Both the position numbers and the translations under genes were made by a program. A stretch of DNA of 64,000 bases, taken from contig CAWVRN010000016.1 of assembly GCA_963932905.1 (NCBI GenBank), positions 32,412-96,411 on the forward strand. The letters run 5' to 3'. Source of the DNA: an uncultured Bdellovibrio sp. (lineage in GTDB: Bacteria > Bdellovibrionota > Bdellovibrionia > Bdellovibrionales > Bdellovibrionaceae). Below the pieces are notes generated by a model. It had not been told where the DNA came from. It ran no database searches and worked only from the letters and a program-made list of their open reading frames with translations. Shown here one piece after another: positions 41,381 to 50,252 of this stretch. Position 1 is the first letter of the stretch. Each line of letters starts with the position of its first letter.

Positions 41381-41816
41381 TTAAACTCCTCGGGCTCACA
41401 ATATGATTTAGTGAAAACACCCCGCCACCACCGCCGATGTCGAAAATGTTCTTAACCCATGTAGGCGCAGTGCCGAGGACCAGTGCCGCAACGATACAGA
41501 GTACAGCGATTCCAAATCGTTGCTCTTTCAAGTTCCAGCCTGCCGACATCACGCAGAGCCCAGCAAAAATCCGCGCTCCCCACGAGAAGAGCACCGAATC
41601 CACAATACGAAGCAGCGTTCCCGCCGCTTCGAGTTTGTCGCTGGCATCAGCTCCGGGAATTTTAGTTCCCGCAAAAGCATTCGTGTGCGAAAGACAAATG
41701 AGAAGAATGGTAACTAGAATAAAAAAGTACCACTCCTCATGTCTTCGAGGGTTCGGACCCCTCACTTGAGAGCCGTGGATTAATGATCCACACAATAAAA
41801 GGCGTTCTCCGAGCAT
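41373..41816 (-). CDS. Conjugative pilin (TraA/VirB2/TrbC-like)
   Basis: Long leader ending NAFA, two hydrophobic helices; directly before traL. Confidence 0.7.
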   Translation of the reverse strand: MLGERLLLCGSLIHGSQVRGPNPRRHEEWYFFILVTILLICLSHTNAFAGTKIPGADASDKLEAAGTLLRIVDSVLFSWGARIFAGLCVMSAGWNLKEQRFGIAVLCIVAALVLGTAPTWVKNIFDIGGGGGVFSLNHIVSPRSLNA

Positions 41817-41928
41817 AGGTAATCTCCTATCCTTGCTCGAAGTCAGCTCGCCGTTTTGTGGTAGAGAGACTTCTTTTGTTTTTCTTTTGAGCCTATTTGT
41901 GGTGGTGGCTCATTTTATTTTTATAAAA

Positions 41929-42681
41929 TCAATTCGCCGCTTTCAATAGTCGAAGGATCTCGTCGAATTCGTGATATCCTTCAATGGCTGGCAAAAGTGC
42001 TTTCCGCTTTGTGTCCGCAATCAGCAGAAATGGCACACCTTTGATCCCATGTTTTTTTAGATCACTAGGATCAGCTCTTGAGATCGGAACAATTCTTTCT
42101 GCATCCGGCACGGGACCGCTATCTACTTGCAAAGCTTCGACATGAAATCCGCCGTCTTGAAGTTTCTTTAGAACCTGAAACATTCGTCGGCAATGAGGAC
42201 AGGTGGATTCAAAATACATCCTCAAGCGAAAGCGTGACGGATCAAGATCTACATTTTGCTCTTTTACTTTCGGCGGAGCTGGCGCCACCGATACTACATT
42301 TGATGGAACCGTCATCTCGCCATTTTTTGCCATGTACTCAGCCATTCGCTCTTGAAGCTTTGTTTGAAGATCATTCTTCTTCTTCATCAATTCAAACCAC
42401 TGCTTGATATTGTCGTCCGTCGGATTTCTTGCGACCTCCATAAATGGCTCCGGTGGCGTGTAGTCTCCCTCCTTGAAGAATTCCTTATTCTTCGGATCAA
42501 GGAACGTCTTCCACGGAAATTTGCCGTCTTGCTTATCCGTCAGACTCGGCTCTTTTTTGGGAGCGTCTTTTGAGCTTTGCTTATCGCCCCAGAAGTCGAT
42601 CTTAGAGTCGAAGTATTCTAAATTTTCTGCTTGGGCAAAAGATGACAAAAGCAAAAAAAGAATCGTTTTACGAATTACCAA
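41929..42681 (-). CDS. Thioredoxin-fold conjugation protein (TraF/TrbB-like)
   Basis: TTG after AGGAGG; signal; ARNPTDDNIKQW; YFESTCPHC; GVP. Confidence 0.75.
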   Translation of the reverse strand: MVIRKTILFLLLSSFAQAENLEYFDSKIDFWGDKQSSKDAPKKEPSLTDKQDGKFPWKTFLDPKNKEFFKEGDYTPPEPFMEVARNPTDDNIKQWFELMKKKNDLQTKLQERMAEYMAKNGEMTVPSNVVSVAPAPPKVKEQNVDLDPSRFRLRMYFESTCPHCRRMFQVLKKLQDGGFHVEALQVDSGPVPDAERIVPISRADPSDLKKHGIKGVPFLLIADTKRKALLPAIEGYHEFDEILRLLKAAN

Positions 42682-43837
42682 GTTGAACCTCCTTCGAATC
42701 AATTTCTCCTCGAATCGCTCTCGCAATTCGTGCATCTTCCAGAGATTGAAAAACCTTTGGATGCTTAACGCCGTCGTTCACAAATGAAGCCCACTCGATA
42801 CTTGGAACTCGGCCCCGGATTCCTGAAACGCAATTCGGACAACCTTCTTCATGCCTCATGCGCATTTCACTTAAAATCCCCGGATGATTCTTTGAAAACC
42901 AATCAGTCACCTCGACGGATGGTTTTTCTGCACACTCAGTACAAAGTTTTTGCTCAAGTCTCTGCGCAACCGAAAGGCGCAAATTGGATTCTAAGACGAG
43001 TCTTTCAACGCCAAGGCCAGCAAGTCGCTCGATTACTTCTAGCGATCCATTTGCATGAAGAGTGGTAAAGACCAAGTGCCCAGTTTCCGCTGCTTGAAAA
43101 CAAAGTCTCGCGGTTTCGGCGTCTCGCACCTCTCCAACGAGGATAACATCAGGATCTTGCCGAAGCACTGACCTGAGAGCGTCAGCAAAGGTCATCTTGC
43201 GATTTACTTGCACTTGATTGAGGCCCTCAATGCGATATTCAATCGGATCTTCCAAAGTCACAATGTTAAGACGCTTTGGATTTAACGCCTTAAGCAGCGC
43301 ATAGAGAGTTCTCGTTTTACCACTTCCCGTAGGACCTGAAATTACAATGACTCCATCCTCGTATTGCAGGGCTCTTTCAAGCATCTTTTGCTCCGATTCT
43401 AAAAAGCCAAGTTCTGAAAGATTGAAGCTCGCATCAAGATTCAAAAGTCGCATAACAACTTTTTCGCCAAAGTGAGTTGGCAAAAGACTCACACGCAAAT
43501 CAAGCCGTAGCGACGGCAATGAAGCCCTGCCGTCCTGCGGTTTACCGCTCACTCCGATAGAAAGTCCGAAGATCCGTTTTGCTTCTAGAATCAAGCTCTC
43601 TCGGTGCTGAAGCTCTATTGACCTCACGAGAACGAGGTTCCCGTCTACGCGAAGTCTAAAATCAATTCCAAGCTCGGTCGGTTCAATGTGAATGTCACTG
43701 GCACCTTTTGCTTTGGCTTCGGTCACCAAGTCCTTAAGAAGTTTTGCGTAAGGTCCGACATCAGAAAGTAATTGTTCTGCCGTTCGACGTTTGGCGACCG
43801 TAATGCCGTGCTCGTTTTGAAGTTTTAAGCTTGTCAC
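42668..43837 (-). CDS. GspE/PilB family secretion ATPase
   Basis: ASDIHIEP, PQDGR, GPTGSGKT, TLEDPIEY, LRQDPDVILVGEVRD, TGHLVFTTLH, CxxC..CxxC; GTG 43837 after GGAGG. Confidence 0.9.
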   Translation of the reverse strand: MTSLKLQNEHGITVAKRRTAEQLLSDVGPYAKLLKDLVTEAKAKGASDIHIEPTELGIDFRLRVDGNLVLVRSIELQHRESLILEAKRIFGLSIGVSGKPQDGRASLPSLRLDLRVSLLPTHFGEKVVMRLLNLDASFNLSELGFLESEQKMLERALQYEDGVIVISGPTGSGKTRTLYALLKALNPKRLNIVTLEDPIEYRIEGLNQVQVNRKMTFADALRSVLRQDPDVILVGEVRDAETARLCFQAAETGHLVFTTLHANGSLEVIERLAGLGVERLVLESNLRLSVAQRLEQKLCTECAEKPSVEVTDWFSKNHPGILSEMRMRHEEGCPNCVSGIRGRVPSIEWASFVNDGVKHPKVFQSLEDARIARAIRGEIDSKEVQLGNS

Positions 43838-46800
43838 TTCGCACCTCCGCACGCAGCAGGAATGGTAAGGCTCGCGGCTTTTGCTTGAGCGGCTGCTGGC
43901 ATATCCTTGCAGGCAAAAGTGCGACTCCAAATCACGAACAGATAGCCTTTGAGTTTTCCGTTTACGAGCCTCATTGTCTCGCGGGCATTTACGACCGATT
44001 CCAAAATTCCCACGTTCTGACCTTCTCGAAAGCAGGAACTGGATTGCGGATAAATCATCTGCCACTTTTCGTCTGGACTATTGGGCATGGAGTGCAGCAC
44101 TTCTACAGAAAGACTCTTGATACGAGAGGCCACCATCAACGCGCCCGCCATTGATGCCGGACCTGAGTAAGTGCCATAGCGCGGATAAAAGACGCCCCAT
44201 CCGTTACAAACCGAATGAGTGCTTGGCGGAAACATATTGATCTTTGGAACGTCGAAACTACACATGGCCGAGTCAGGGGAAGGAGCGCCGCCCCCTTCCC
44301 CTGTAATAGAAGTCGCGGCACCCTTGAGGAGGCATAACTTTGGCGCAAGCCCCGATGCTAAGAACAGAGGCTGAGTCATGTCATTCTTGCCAGTATTCCA
44401 GTGCGCTCCGAAATGTTCGCTCATTCCATCAAAACAAACTTTCTCCATTCTTGTGCCACCGGCAGGCATTGTTTGAAATGTCAGTCCCGCAAGAGGTACT
44501 GCAATTGTTCTGGCCTGAAAACTCTGAGTGTCGTCATCGGCCTCAGTCCCAAAGGGCTTAGGAAAAATCTTAGCAAGCTGAGCTGACGCTCCTGGGATTC
44601 CTGAAAAATAACTCGTCTTGGGCTCCGGCCACACTTCAATGAAAGTCTGTGGCACATAGTAAGAAATCGCAGCACAGGGTCTTGGAGGATATCCACAAGT
44701 GCATCCCCCGATATTTAATTCCAGGCATGAAGTGAACGCTGGCGTACTTGCTACGGTACAAATATTCGGAATTTCCGCTTGAACATTGCCCGCGAGGAAG
44801 AGGGAGGCTGCTATAGCGCGAAGATTCTGAGCGAAATGCTTAATTCTCTCTACAGCTCCTCCCTTCTTCGTTACACGCAGCATTTCAAGCACTGCCTCAT
44901 GCTTCGTATTGATGAATCTCAAGAAATCAGGCTTAAGATAAAGTTTTAAAAACTTCGTCTCGATTCCATCAAATACTTGAGCGAACGCCTCGAAAGTTCG
45001 AAGCCTTGAGAACTCGCGGCCTGTGATGAGATCTTCTTTTCGCTTTGCTCTGGAGATCGCCTCATTCAAACTTGAATTCTGTGAATCGAATCCTCCGGCG
45101 AGTAAGTTCAGTTTTGCCGACTGCGCTGTTTCTGACATTGAGTGCGATTCAACCTCGCGATCCTCTTTTCCCGCCAATTCTTGGAAAAGCTTGATTGTTT
45201 CCGAATCTGAAGAGTGACAAGCAATTCTTGTTCTAAAGTTTTGCATAAGAACAAGAGCGGCTCTTTGGCTTCCTACCGAATCCATCAGTGAACTGACCGA
45301 TTGAGTCGCGACAATCACGGCGGGCTTTGATTCCCGAGCCTTTGCCATAAAAGTGTCGTCACCGATTGTGCCACCACCTCCGCAGGTCACAACATCTTGG
45401 TACTCATCAATTATGAGCGCTGTCGTGCAGAGTTTTTCTTGCTCTTTCAATTCACTCAGCATATTCAATACGGCCTGCTGATAGTGAAGCTTGATGAATG
45501 TTCCCATTGAGCGCGCAAGTCCTGGTTGATTGATGTCAAAGAGGAGAATTTTTCCTTCACGAATCAACTGCTCCATTGAGCGAATCGTGAGGTTCTCCTC
45601 CTTCGGACATAAAACGCGATTTGCCGCGAACTCCTGGAACTGATTGATGAATGCCGTACTTGTTGCGACGATTCCAGATCTTACGCGGTCCTCAAGCTGC
45701 GAGTATTCGTTTTCGAAATACTCCATAGCCCGTTCAATATTAAATCGCTCTTCTTCAGTGAAGGCGCCCGTATCAAGACGTTTTCGTAAATCGTCTGACA
45801 AATTCTCTTTCGAAGCACGAACGATAGCTCGATAGAGATCAAGCAACGTAAAGTACCCATGTTCTGCCGCACAATAGACGATGGCGTTCTTAATCAAGTT
45901 CGAAGATGAAATATCCCAGAAGGGTGAGTCCGAAGACTTACCCATAAAATTTACAGCAGCAGCTCTAACCATTTCGGCTAGCTCGGTGAACTTTGAATTC
46001 CGAAGCGGGTTTTCGATATAAACGGGGTTAAAGCTCACCGAACCTCGAAGAGAGATTTTGACGATTTTATCCCCAAGGCCTGCACGTCTGATAATTTGCT
46101 CTGCGTCCGCAAGGAAAGTCCGTTTAGGATCAATCGCAAGGATCGCGGGTGAGCTTTCACCGGCCCGCAAGATTTGGCGCAAATAGCGAAGCACGGTCCC
46201 TTGGGTTTTTCCACTACCGATACTTCCTGAAATCATAATCCCACCGTTGAGGCCACGGCTCGGAATTTTAACCCAACTCTCCGACTCTCCTGAATTCTGA
46301 ACAACTGAATGCGTAAGTTGTCCTGGCGTTGTCCCCAGAACGAGTTCGCCTTCTTCAACTTCGGGTGCATCCAGCTTGTGAATGTCATTAAACGAAAACT
46401 TTAGTTTCGCGATTCCGCGCAAGAACATGCGTATAATTAGACCGATGGTGAAAGCAATGTTCGCACTTAGGAGGGCGACAATCCCTGAAGGCTGAAACCC
46501 CTCTGTAAACCGCAGGAAGATTGGCCCAATGAAGTCAGCGATTTGTTTTTTACACGCGAAGTAAGTGACGGCGCTGGTGACAACAGAAACGCACTCGGCT
46601 CTTCCGAATTTTAAGTGTCTTGATTTCCCTTCAAGAACAGCGAGTTTACTTCCTTGTTTTTCAAGTCCAATGGATCTTTTAAGATAAATCGAACCGAACG
46701 AAATATTCACCATCGCGCAAGAGATTGTGATCCAAAAGAGCTTCGCATTCGCCTCTAGCTGCTGAAGCGCAAACTGCAGCAGATCTGGGTGAAGCCTCAG

Positions 46801-46896
46801 ATGTGCGAGATATAAATACACGAGTCCAAATCCGGCGAGCGCCATGAGCGCGAGCGAGAGAGGGACATCACTCTGTGCAGTTTGTGTTCGTGCCAT
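43834..46896 (-). CDS. Type IV coupling protein (TraD/VirD4-like) fused to a C-terminal TraU-like Cys-rich domain
   Basis: N-terminal TMs, GSIGSGKT, IDPK, IIDEYQ, ATQS; after ~aa 700 signal-like segment then SC....GGCTC, SYYVP..FIEV, WGVFYPRYG, KWQMIYP. Confidence 0.8.
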   Translation of the reverse strand: MARTQTAQSDVPLSLALMALAGFGLVYLYLAHLRLHPDLLQFALQQLEANAKLFWITISCAMVNISFGSIYLKRSIGLEKQGSKLAVLEGKSRHLKFGRAECVSVVTSAVTYFACKKQIADFIGPIFLRFTEGFQPSGIVALLSANIAFTIGLIIRMFLRGIAKLKFSFNDIHKLDAPEVEEGELVLGTTPGQLTHSVVQNSGESESWVKIPSRGLNGGIMISGSIGSGKTQGTVLRYLRQILRAGESSPAILAIDPKRTFLADAEQIIRRAGLGDKIVKISLRGSVSFNPVYIENPLRNSKFTELAEMVRAAAVNFMGKSSDSPFWDISSSNLIKNAIVYCAAEHGYFTLLDLYRAIVRASKENLSDDLRKRLDTGAFTEEERFNIERAMEYFENEYSQLEDRVRSGIVATSTAFINQFQEFAANRVLCPKEENLTIRSMEQLIREGKILLFDINQPGLARSMGTFIKLHYQQAVLNMLSELKEQEKLCTTALIIDEYQDVVTCGGGGTIGDDTFMAKARESKPAVIVATQSVSSLMDSVGSQRAALVLMQNFRTRIACHSSDSETIKLFQELAGKEDREVESHSMSETAQSAKLNLLAGGFDSQNSSLNEAISRAKRKEDLITGREFSRLRTFEAFAQVFDGIETKFLKLYLKPDFLRFINTKHEAVLEMLRVTKKGGAVERIKHFAQNLRAIAASLFLAGNVQAEIPNICTVASTPAFTSCLELNIGGCTCGYPPRPCAAISYYVPQTFIEVWPEPKTSYFSGIPGASAQLAKIFPKPFGTEADDDTQSFQARTIAVPLAGLTFQTMPAGGTRMEKVCFDGMSEHFGAHWNTGKNDMTQPLFLASGLAPKLCLLKGAATSITGEGGGAPSPDSAMCSFDVPKINMFPPSTHSVCNGWGVFYPRYGTYSGPASMAGALMVASRIKSLSVEVLHSMPNSPDEKWQMIYPQSSSCFREGQNVGILESVVNARETMRLVNGKLKGYLFVIWSRTFACKDMPAAAQAKAASLTIPAACGGAK

Positions 46897-47054
46897 TAAG
46901 CCCCCATTTTTTTGTTGGTTGAAGCTGCCTTCAAATAGGCGAGCGCCTTAAGAACTCGGGCTGTTCTTTTCTCTAAAGATTTATTTCTTATTTTTTCACC
47001 CTCAGAAACCTGGCCCAAAATTCTAAGAATCGTTTGTTCAATTGTTTCATTCAT
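46896..47054 (-). CDS. 52-aa hypothetical protein
   Basis: Below ORF-track cutoff; GAGGGG RBS; TAATG overlap with T4CP start. Confidence 0.5.
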   Translation of the reverse strand: MNETIEQTILRILGQVSEGEKIRNKSLEKRTARVLKALAYLKAASTNKKMGA

Positions 47055-47069
47055 AACCCCTCCGGTTAG

Positions 47070-47297
47070 TCATTTGACTTCGTTGTTGTTTCGTTTCGGA
47101 CTCACATAGCGTTTATTGCGCGGCCAATCTTCAACTCCTTGAAATCGTCCGTCGTGAAATACGAATCGAAAAGTTCCATAGGAGAAATCGGCGCCGTGTT
47201 CGTCTGCATACTGTTTTTGAAGGCGTCTTGCGGCCTCTTCCAAAACGGCTTCGTCCGTAAGGTCTTTGACTACAGTGCTTGTTTTGCTTTCGATCAT
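47070..47297 (-). CDS. Small protein, YezD/DUF2292-like
   Basis: YGTFRFVFHDGRFQGVE; ATGA overlap. Confidence 0.55.
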   Translation of the reverse strand: MIESKTSTVVKDLTDEAVLEEAARRLQKQYADEHGADFSYGTFRFVFHDGRFQGVEDWPRNKRYVSPKRNNNEVK

Positions 47298-47488
47298 CCG
47301 ACCACTACCTTTCCCGCCAGCAGGCGTTCTAATTTCTCAATCTCGGCAACCAGGACTTTGTTATAGACAAGCTCCTTAACCGAAAGATTTCCGTACCAGT
47401 TGCGAATTTCCGTTTTAATTCTCTCGATGGCGCTCGGCCCCGGAGTTGCCACATATTCCAAATTTTCATTTCGCTTTGTATGGCTCAT
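47294..47488 (-). CDS. Small hypothetical protein
   Basis: GAGG RBS, MSHTKR start. Confidence 0.55.
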   Translation of the reverse strand: MSHTKRNENLEYVATPGPSAIERIKTEIRNWYGNLSVKELVYNKVLVAEIEKLERLLAGKVVVG

Positions 47489-47501
47489 AGCCAACCTCTC
47501 T

Positions 47502-47789
47502 TTAAAAAATATTTCTGTACTGCATCGCCTGCATTCGAGCTTGCTCAATTTTTTCCTGTTGTGGTGGCGCAATAAAAAGCACGCACCCAATTCCTCGAAT
47601 CACGTTTCCCAGAGTTCTCAATACCCAAAGCCCTGCAATTTTCTGCCAAGCTTGCTTGGCTCCAAAAACAAGCTTCATAAAAAATTCGTAGATTTTAAGT
47701 CGCCAAGGTTTCCAGAATGGATTTGTAAATAGCCATTCGCCCTCGTTTGAACCGAGGATCACAGTTTGGTTCATTACGTTTTGTTTCAT
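47502..47789 (-). CDS. Small hypothetical protein
   Basis: ATGA overlap with upstream gene. Confidence 0.55.
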   Translation of the reverse strand: MKQNVMNQTVILGSNEGEWLFTNPFWKPWRLKIYEFFMKLVFGAKQAWQKIAGLWVLRTLGNVIRGIGCVLFIAPPQQEKIEQARMQAMQYRNIF

Positions 47790-48043
47790 GCGGCACTTCC
47801 TTTTTTATTTTTCGAGTTCTGATTCAGAGGAAGCTGTTCAACGACTGACTGAGTCTTTATGGATTTCATTTGCGCAACGGCCTCTGCTGCCCACGGGGGA
47901 ATTGGCAGCTCATCGCCGGATGATTTTGATTTTCTATAGGTAAGAAGATCAGGCGCGTAGTTGCAGCACAGACAGTGTGAATGGGTGACAAGCTTTTCGA
48001 GTGTTCGCTCGTTGCATCGGGGACAAGTTCTTAACGTACTCAT
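47786..48043 (-). CDS. Zinc-ribbon small protein, first gene of tra operon
   Basis: AAGGAG RBS then MSTLRTCPRC...CLCC. Confidence 0.65.
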   Translation of the reverse strand: MSTLRTCPRCNERTLEKLVTHSHCLCCNYAPDLLTYRKSKSSGDELPIPPWAAEAVAQMKSIKTQSVVEQLPLNQNSKNKKGSAA

Positions 48044-48098
48044 TTTTTTGCTCTCCTTATAGTGAAGGACATTTCTAAGTCCTTTCATCTTTTAGAAT

Positions 48099-48114
48099 TG
48101 CAAAGAGGTAACCA
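48099..48114 (-). promoter_or_regulatory. sigma54 -24/-12 promoter of the tra operon
   Basis: TGGTTA-CCTCT-TTGCA, exact GG-N10-GC spacing, 56 nt upstream of the first start codon. Confidence 0.7.
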
Positions 48115-48186
48115 GAGCCGCGCACAGGCTAAGTTGTTGGAAAGATTGGTTTTTGATTTTAAGTTGTGCGCGCGGTAAAAGTCGAT

Positions 48187-48297
48187 TCGTCGAGAACTCG
48201 CGAATTGAAATCGAAACGGCAATGTTCTCTGTTGAACTTTCGCTAGAGATTCGACGGCCCGTGCCCAACCTCTTCCAGCACTATCGAATTCTCGTCA
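48187..48297. promoter_or_regulatory. Upstream activator-like repeats of the tra promoter
   Basis: TCGTCGAGAACTCGCGA (48187), CTGTTGAACTTTCGCTA (48229), CTATCGAATTCTCGTCA (48281); same motif as 54294-54394. Confidence 0.7.
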
Positions 48298-48417
48298 ATT
48301 TTAACTCAGACTCAATTAAACGCGTCTATACAGAAGCGTCCGCTGCACAACGCGCACAAGTGTCATGCCTTAACGCCAAAAGAATTTGCGTGTAAAGCCG
48401 CAAAGATAAAACTCCAA

Positions 48418-48642
48418 ATGAAGAAGAATTTAAGTGAAATCGAAATTAAAATCTCTATCTGCAAGCTAAGTGCAGACAAAAGAGAGGAGCTGAGTCAGAA
48501 GCAACTTTTGAAGGTTTTTTGGCGCGGATGGCAGAAGGCAACTCCTGTACAGAAAAAGCGCCTACTTCGCAGAGTTTTCGATGTAATTTATGCTGGAGTT
48601 GACGGAATGACGGCACACTACTGGATATATCCCAAAAAATAA
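48418..48642 (+). pseudogene. Possible remnant of a large serine recombinase C-terminus
   Basis: FWRGWQKATPVQKKRLLRRVFDVIY resembles the C-terminal tail of large serine recombinases; no catalytic domain. Confidence 0.35.
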
Positions 48643-48689
48643 AGAAGTCGACTCTGACCTCAGCAAGCAATATTTTGAAACCAAGCTAA

Positions 48690-50252
48690 CTAGGAATCCC
48701 GGACAGCACTCATAACCATTCTCACAGAGTTATCCACCATGCGCCTCAAGTCACCTTTGCCGTTGGCGTGGTCTTTTCGACTAACGACGTCCATGCTTTC
48801 CCAAATCCCCAAGGCCTGGCACTGACTGCGTAGGGATGACCGAGCCACTCCAAGCTTCCTGGCGGTCTCAGACAAGTTATATTCGCTTGCTTGGTATGTC
48901 TTAAGGATAAGTGTTCTAACTTCGTTTTCATGACGAGCATTCATTTGCTCAAGAGATTCAAGGGTTGTCACGTTTTCAACATTCGCAGCACCTTCAAGCT
49001 CCCCGTATTTCTCGATATGCTCTGGCAAGATGATTGGGCCGCTTACTAAGACCGAAAGTCTTTCGATTAAATTTTCCAGCTCGCGGACATTTCCAGGCCA
49101 CGAATAGGCTCGAAGCATATCAAGCGAATCGGGATGCAACTGTTTGGGTACGCCGTCAGATTGTGATGGTCGTCGTTTTTCTAGAAAGAACTCGCATAAG
49201 ACTTCAACATCGTTGGGCCGCTCAGCAAGTCTTGGCAGATCAATCTTGATCTGCTTCATCCGATAGATCAAATCAGCCAAAAACTTGTCTTCATTTACGA
49301 GGACTTTCAAGTGCGGCTTTGAGGCGAATACCAATCGCACATCAACATGTTTTTCGGTGCTACCGCCGACTCGTCGAACTTTTCGATCCTGAATAAATCG
49401 CAATAGCATCGCCTGCGCTTCGTCACTCAAATGATGAACTTCATCTAAGAAAACGGTTCCGCCATTAGCCACCTCAAGGAGACCGATTTTTGATTCAGCT
49501 CCAGTGAAAGCACCTTTTTCGCTCCCGAATAATTCGCTAGCGATAAGTTCCGATTTTTTGAATTGCGTGCAATCAATTGTACGAAACTGTTTCTCTTTTC
49601 GATCTGAATTCTGATGAATCGCTCGGGCAAACAACTCTTTTCCAGTTCCCGTTTCTCCGTAAATTAAAACTGATAAATCTGATTTCGCTGTTTGCAAAAC
49701 AAGATCTGCGGCCGCTTTCATTTCACGATCAACAGATACAACTCCGATTTTTTTGAGAGAGTCAGGCACTTGACTCATGCGGCGAGTGCGATTTCCCAGG
49801 AACCCATTGAATTTGGAGCGAAACTTCGTCAGAGCTTCAGTGATAAAAATTTGCAGCTTTTCTTGCTGCCCGACGAATTCCTTATAGAGGAACTTGTCAG
49901 CGCCATTTTTTAGCCATAAGCGAAGGCTCTCTGGTGTTGTATCCGACGACATCATAACTATCTCGATATAAGAGTTCACTCTTTTGATCGGACGTATGAA
50001 GTCTGCTCCTAAAGTAGTCTTCTCTTTTGATTCATGAAAATGATGATCCATAAAAACCAAAAAGACGTTGAAGGGATTTTTCTTTATCGAATCAAGGGCC
50101 AGCACTGGATGCGAATGAAACTCGACATCGAAAGCGCGCTCTGCTCCAAAGGCTGAATCGAGCGATATCTTGAGCCCGTCACGAAAGCAGCTTTCGTCAT
50201 CTACAAAAATAACTCGTGGTTGTTCCATAGGACCCTCCCTCAATGCGTTCAA
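48690..50252 (-). CDS. sigma54-dependent response regulator (NtrC-like bEBP)
   Basis: REC (VDDE, FMDH, K), GETGTGKE, SELFGSEKGAFTGA, FLDEV, WPGNVREL, Fis-type HTH. Confidence 0.93.
   Translation of the reverse strand: MNALREGPMEQPRVIFVDDESCFRDGLKISLDSAFGAERAFDVEFHSHPVLALDSIKKNPFNVFLVFMDHHFHESKEKTTLGADFIRPIKRVNSYIEIVMMSSDTTPESLRLWLKNGADKFLYKEFVGQQEKLQIFITEALTKFRSKFNGFLGNRTRRMSQVPDSLKKIGVVSVDREMKAAADLVLQTAKSDLSVLIYGETGTGKELFARAIHQNSDRKEKQFRTIDCTQFKKSELIASELFGSEKGAFTGAESKIGLLEVANGGTVFLDEVHHLSDEAQAMLLRFIQDRKVRRVGGSTEKHVDVRLVFASKPHLKVLVNEDKFLADLIYRMKQIKIDLPRLAERPNDVEVLCEFFLEKRRPSQSDGVPKQLHPDSLDMLRAYSWPGNVRELENLIERLSVLVSGPIILPEHIEKYGELEGAANVENVTTLESLEQMNARHENEVRTLILKTYQASEYNLSETARKLGVARSSLRSQCQALGIWESMDVVSRKDHANGKGDLRRMVDNSVRMVMSAVRDS

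Noticed and set aside
43838..44065. N-terminal extension of the GspE ORF
   Set aside because: Overlaps the TraU-like coding region; GGAGG-GTG at 43837 is the likely start.
48125..48160. IHF site between activator repeats and promoter
   Set aside because: Best match TTCCAACAACTTA has two mismatches to WATCAANNNNTTR; too weak to report.
48153..48395. 80-aa ORF over the tra upstream region (also 54424-54681)
   Set aside because: No RBS or recognisable domain; the first overlaps the regulatory repeats.
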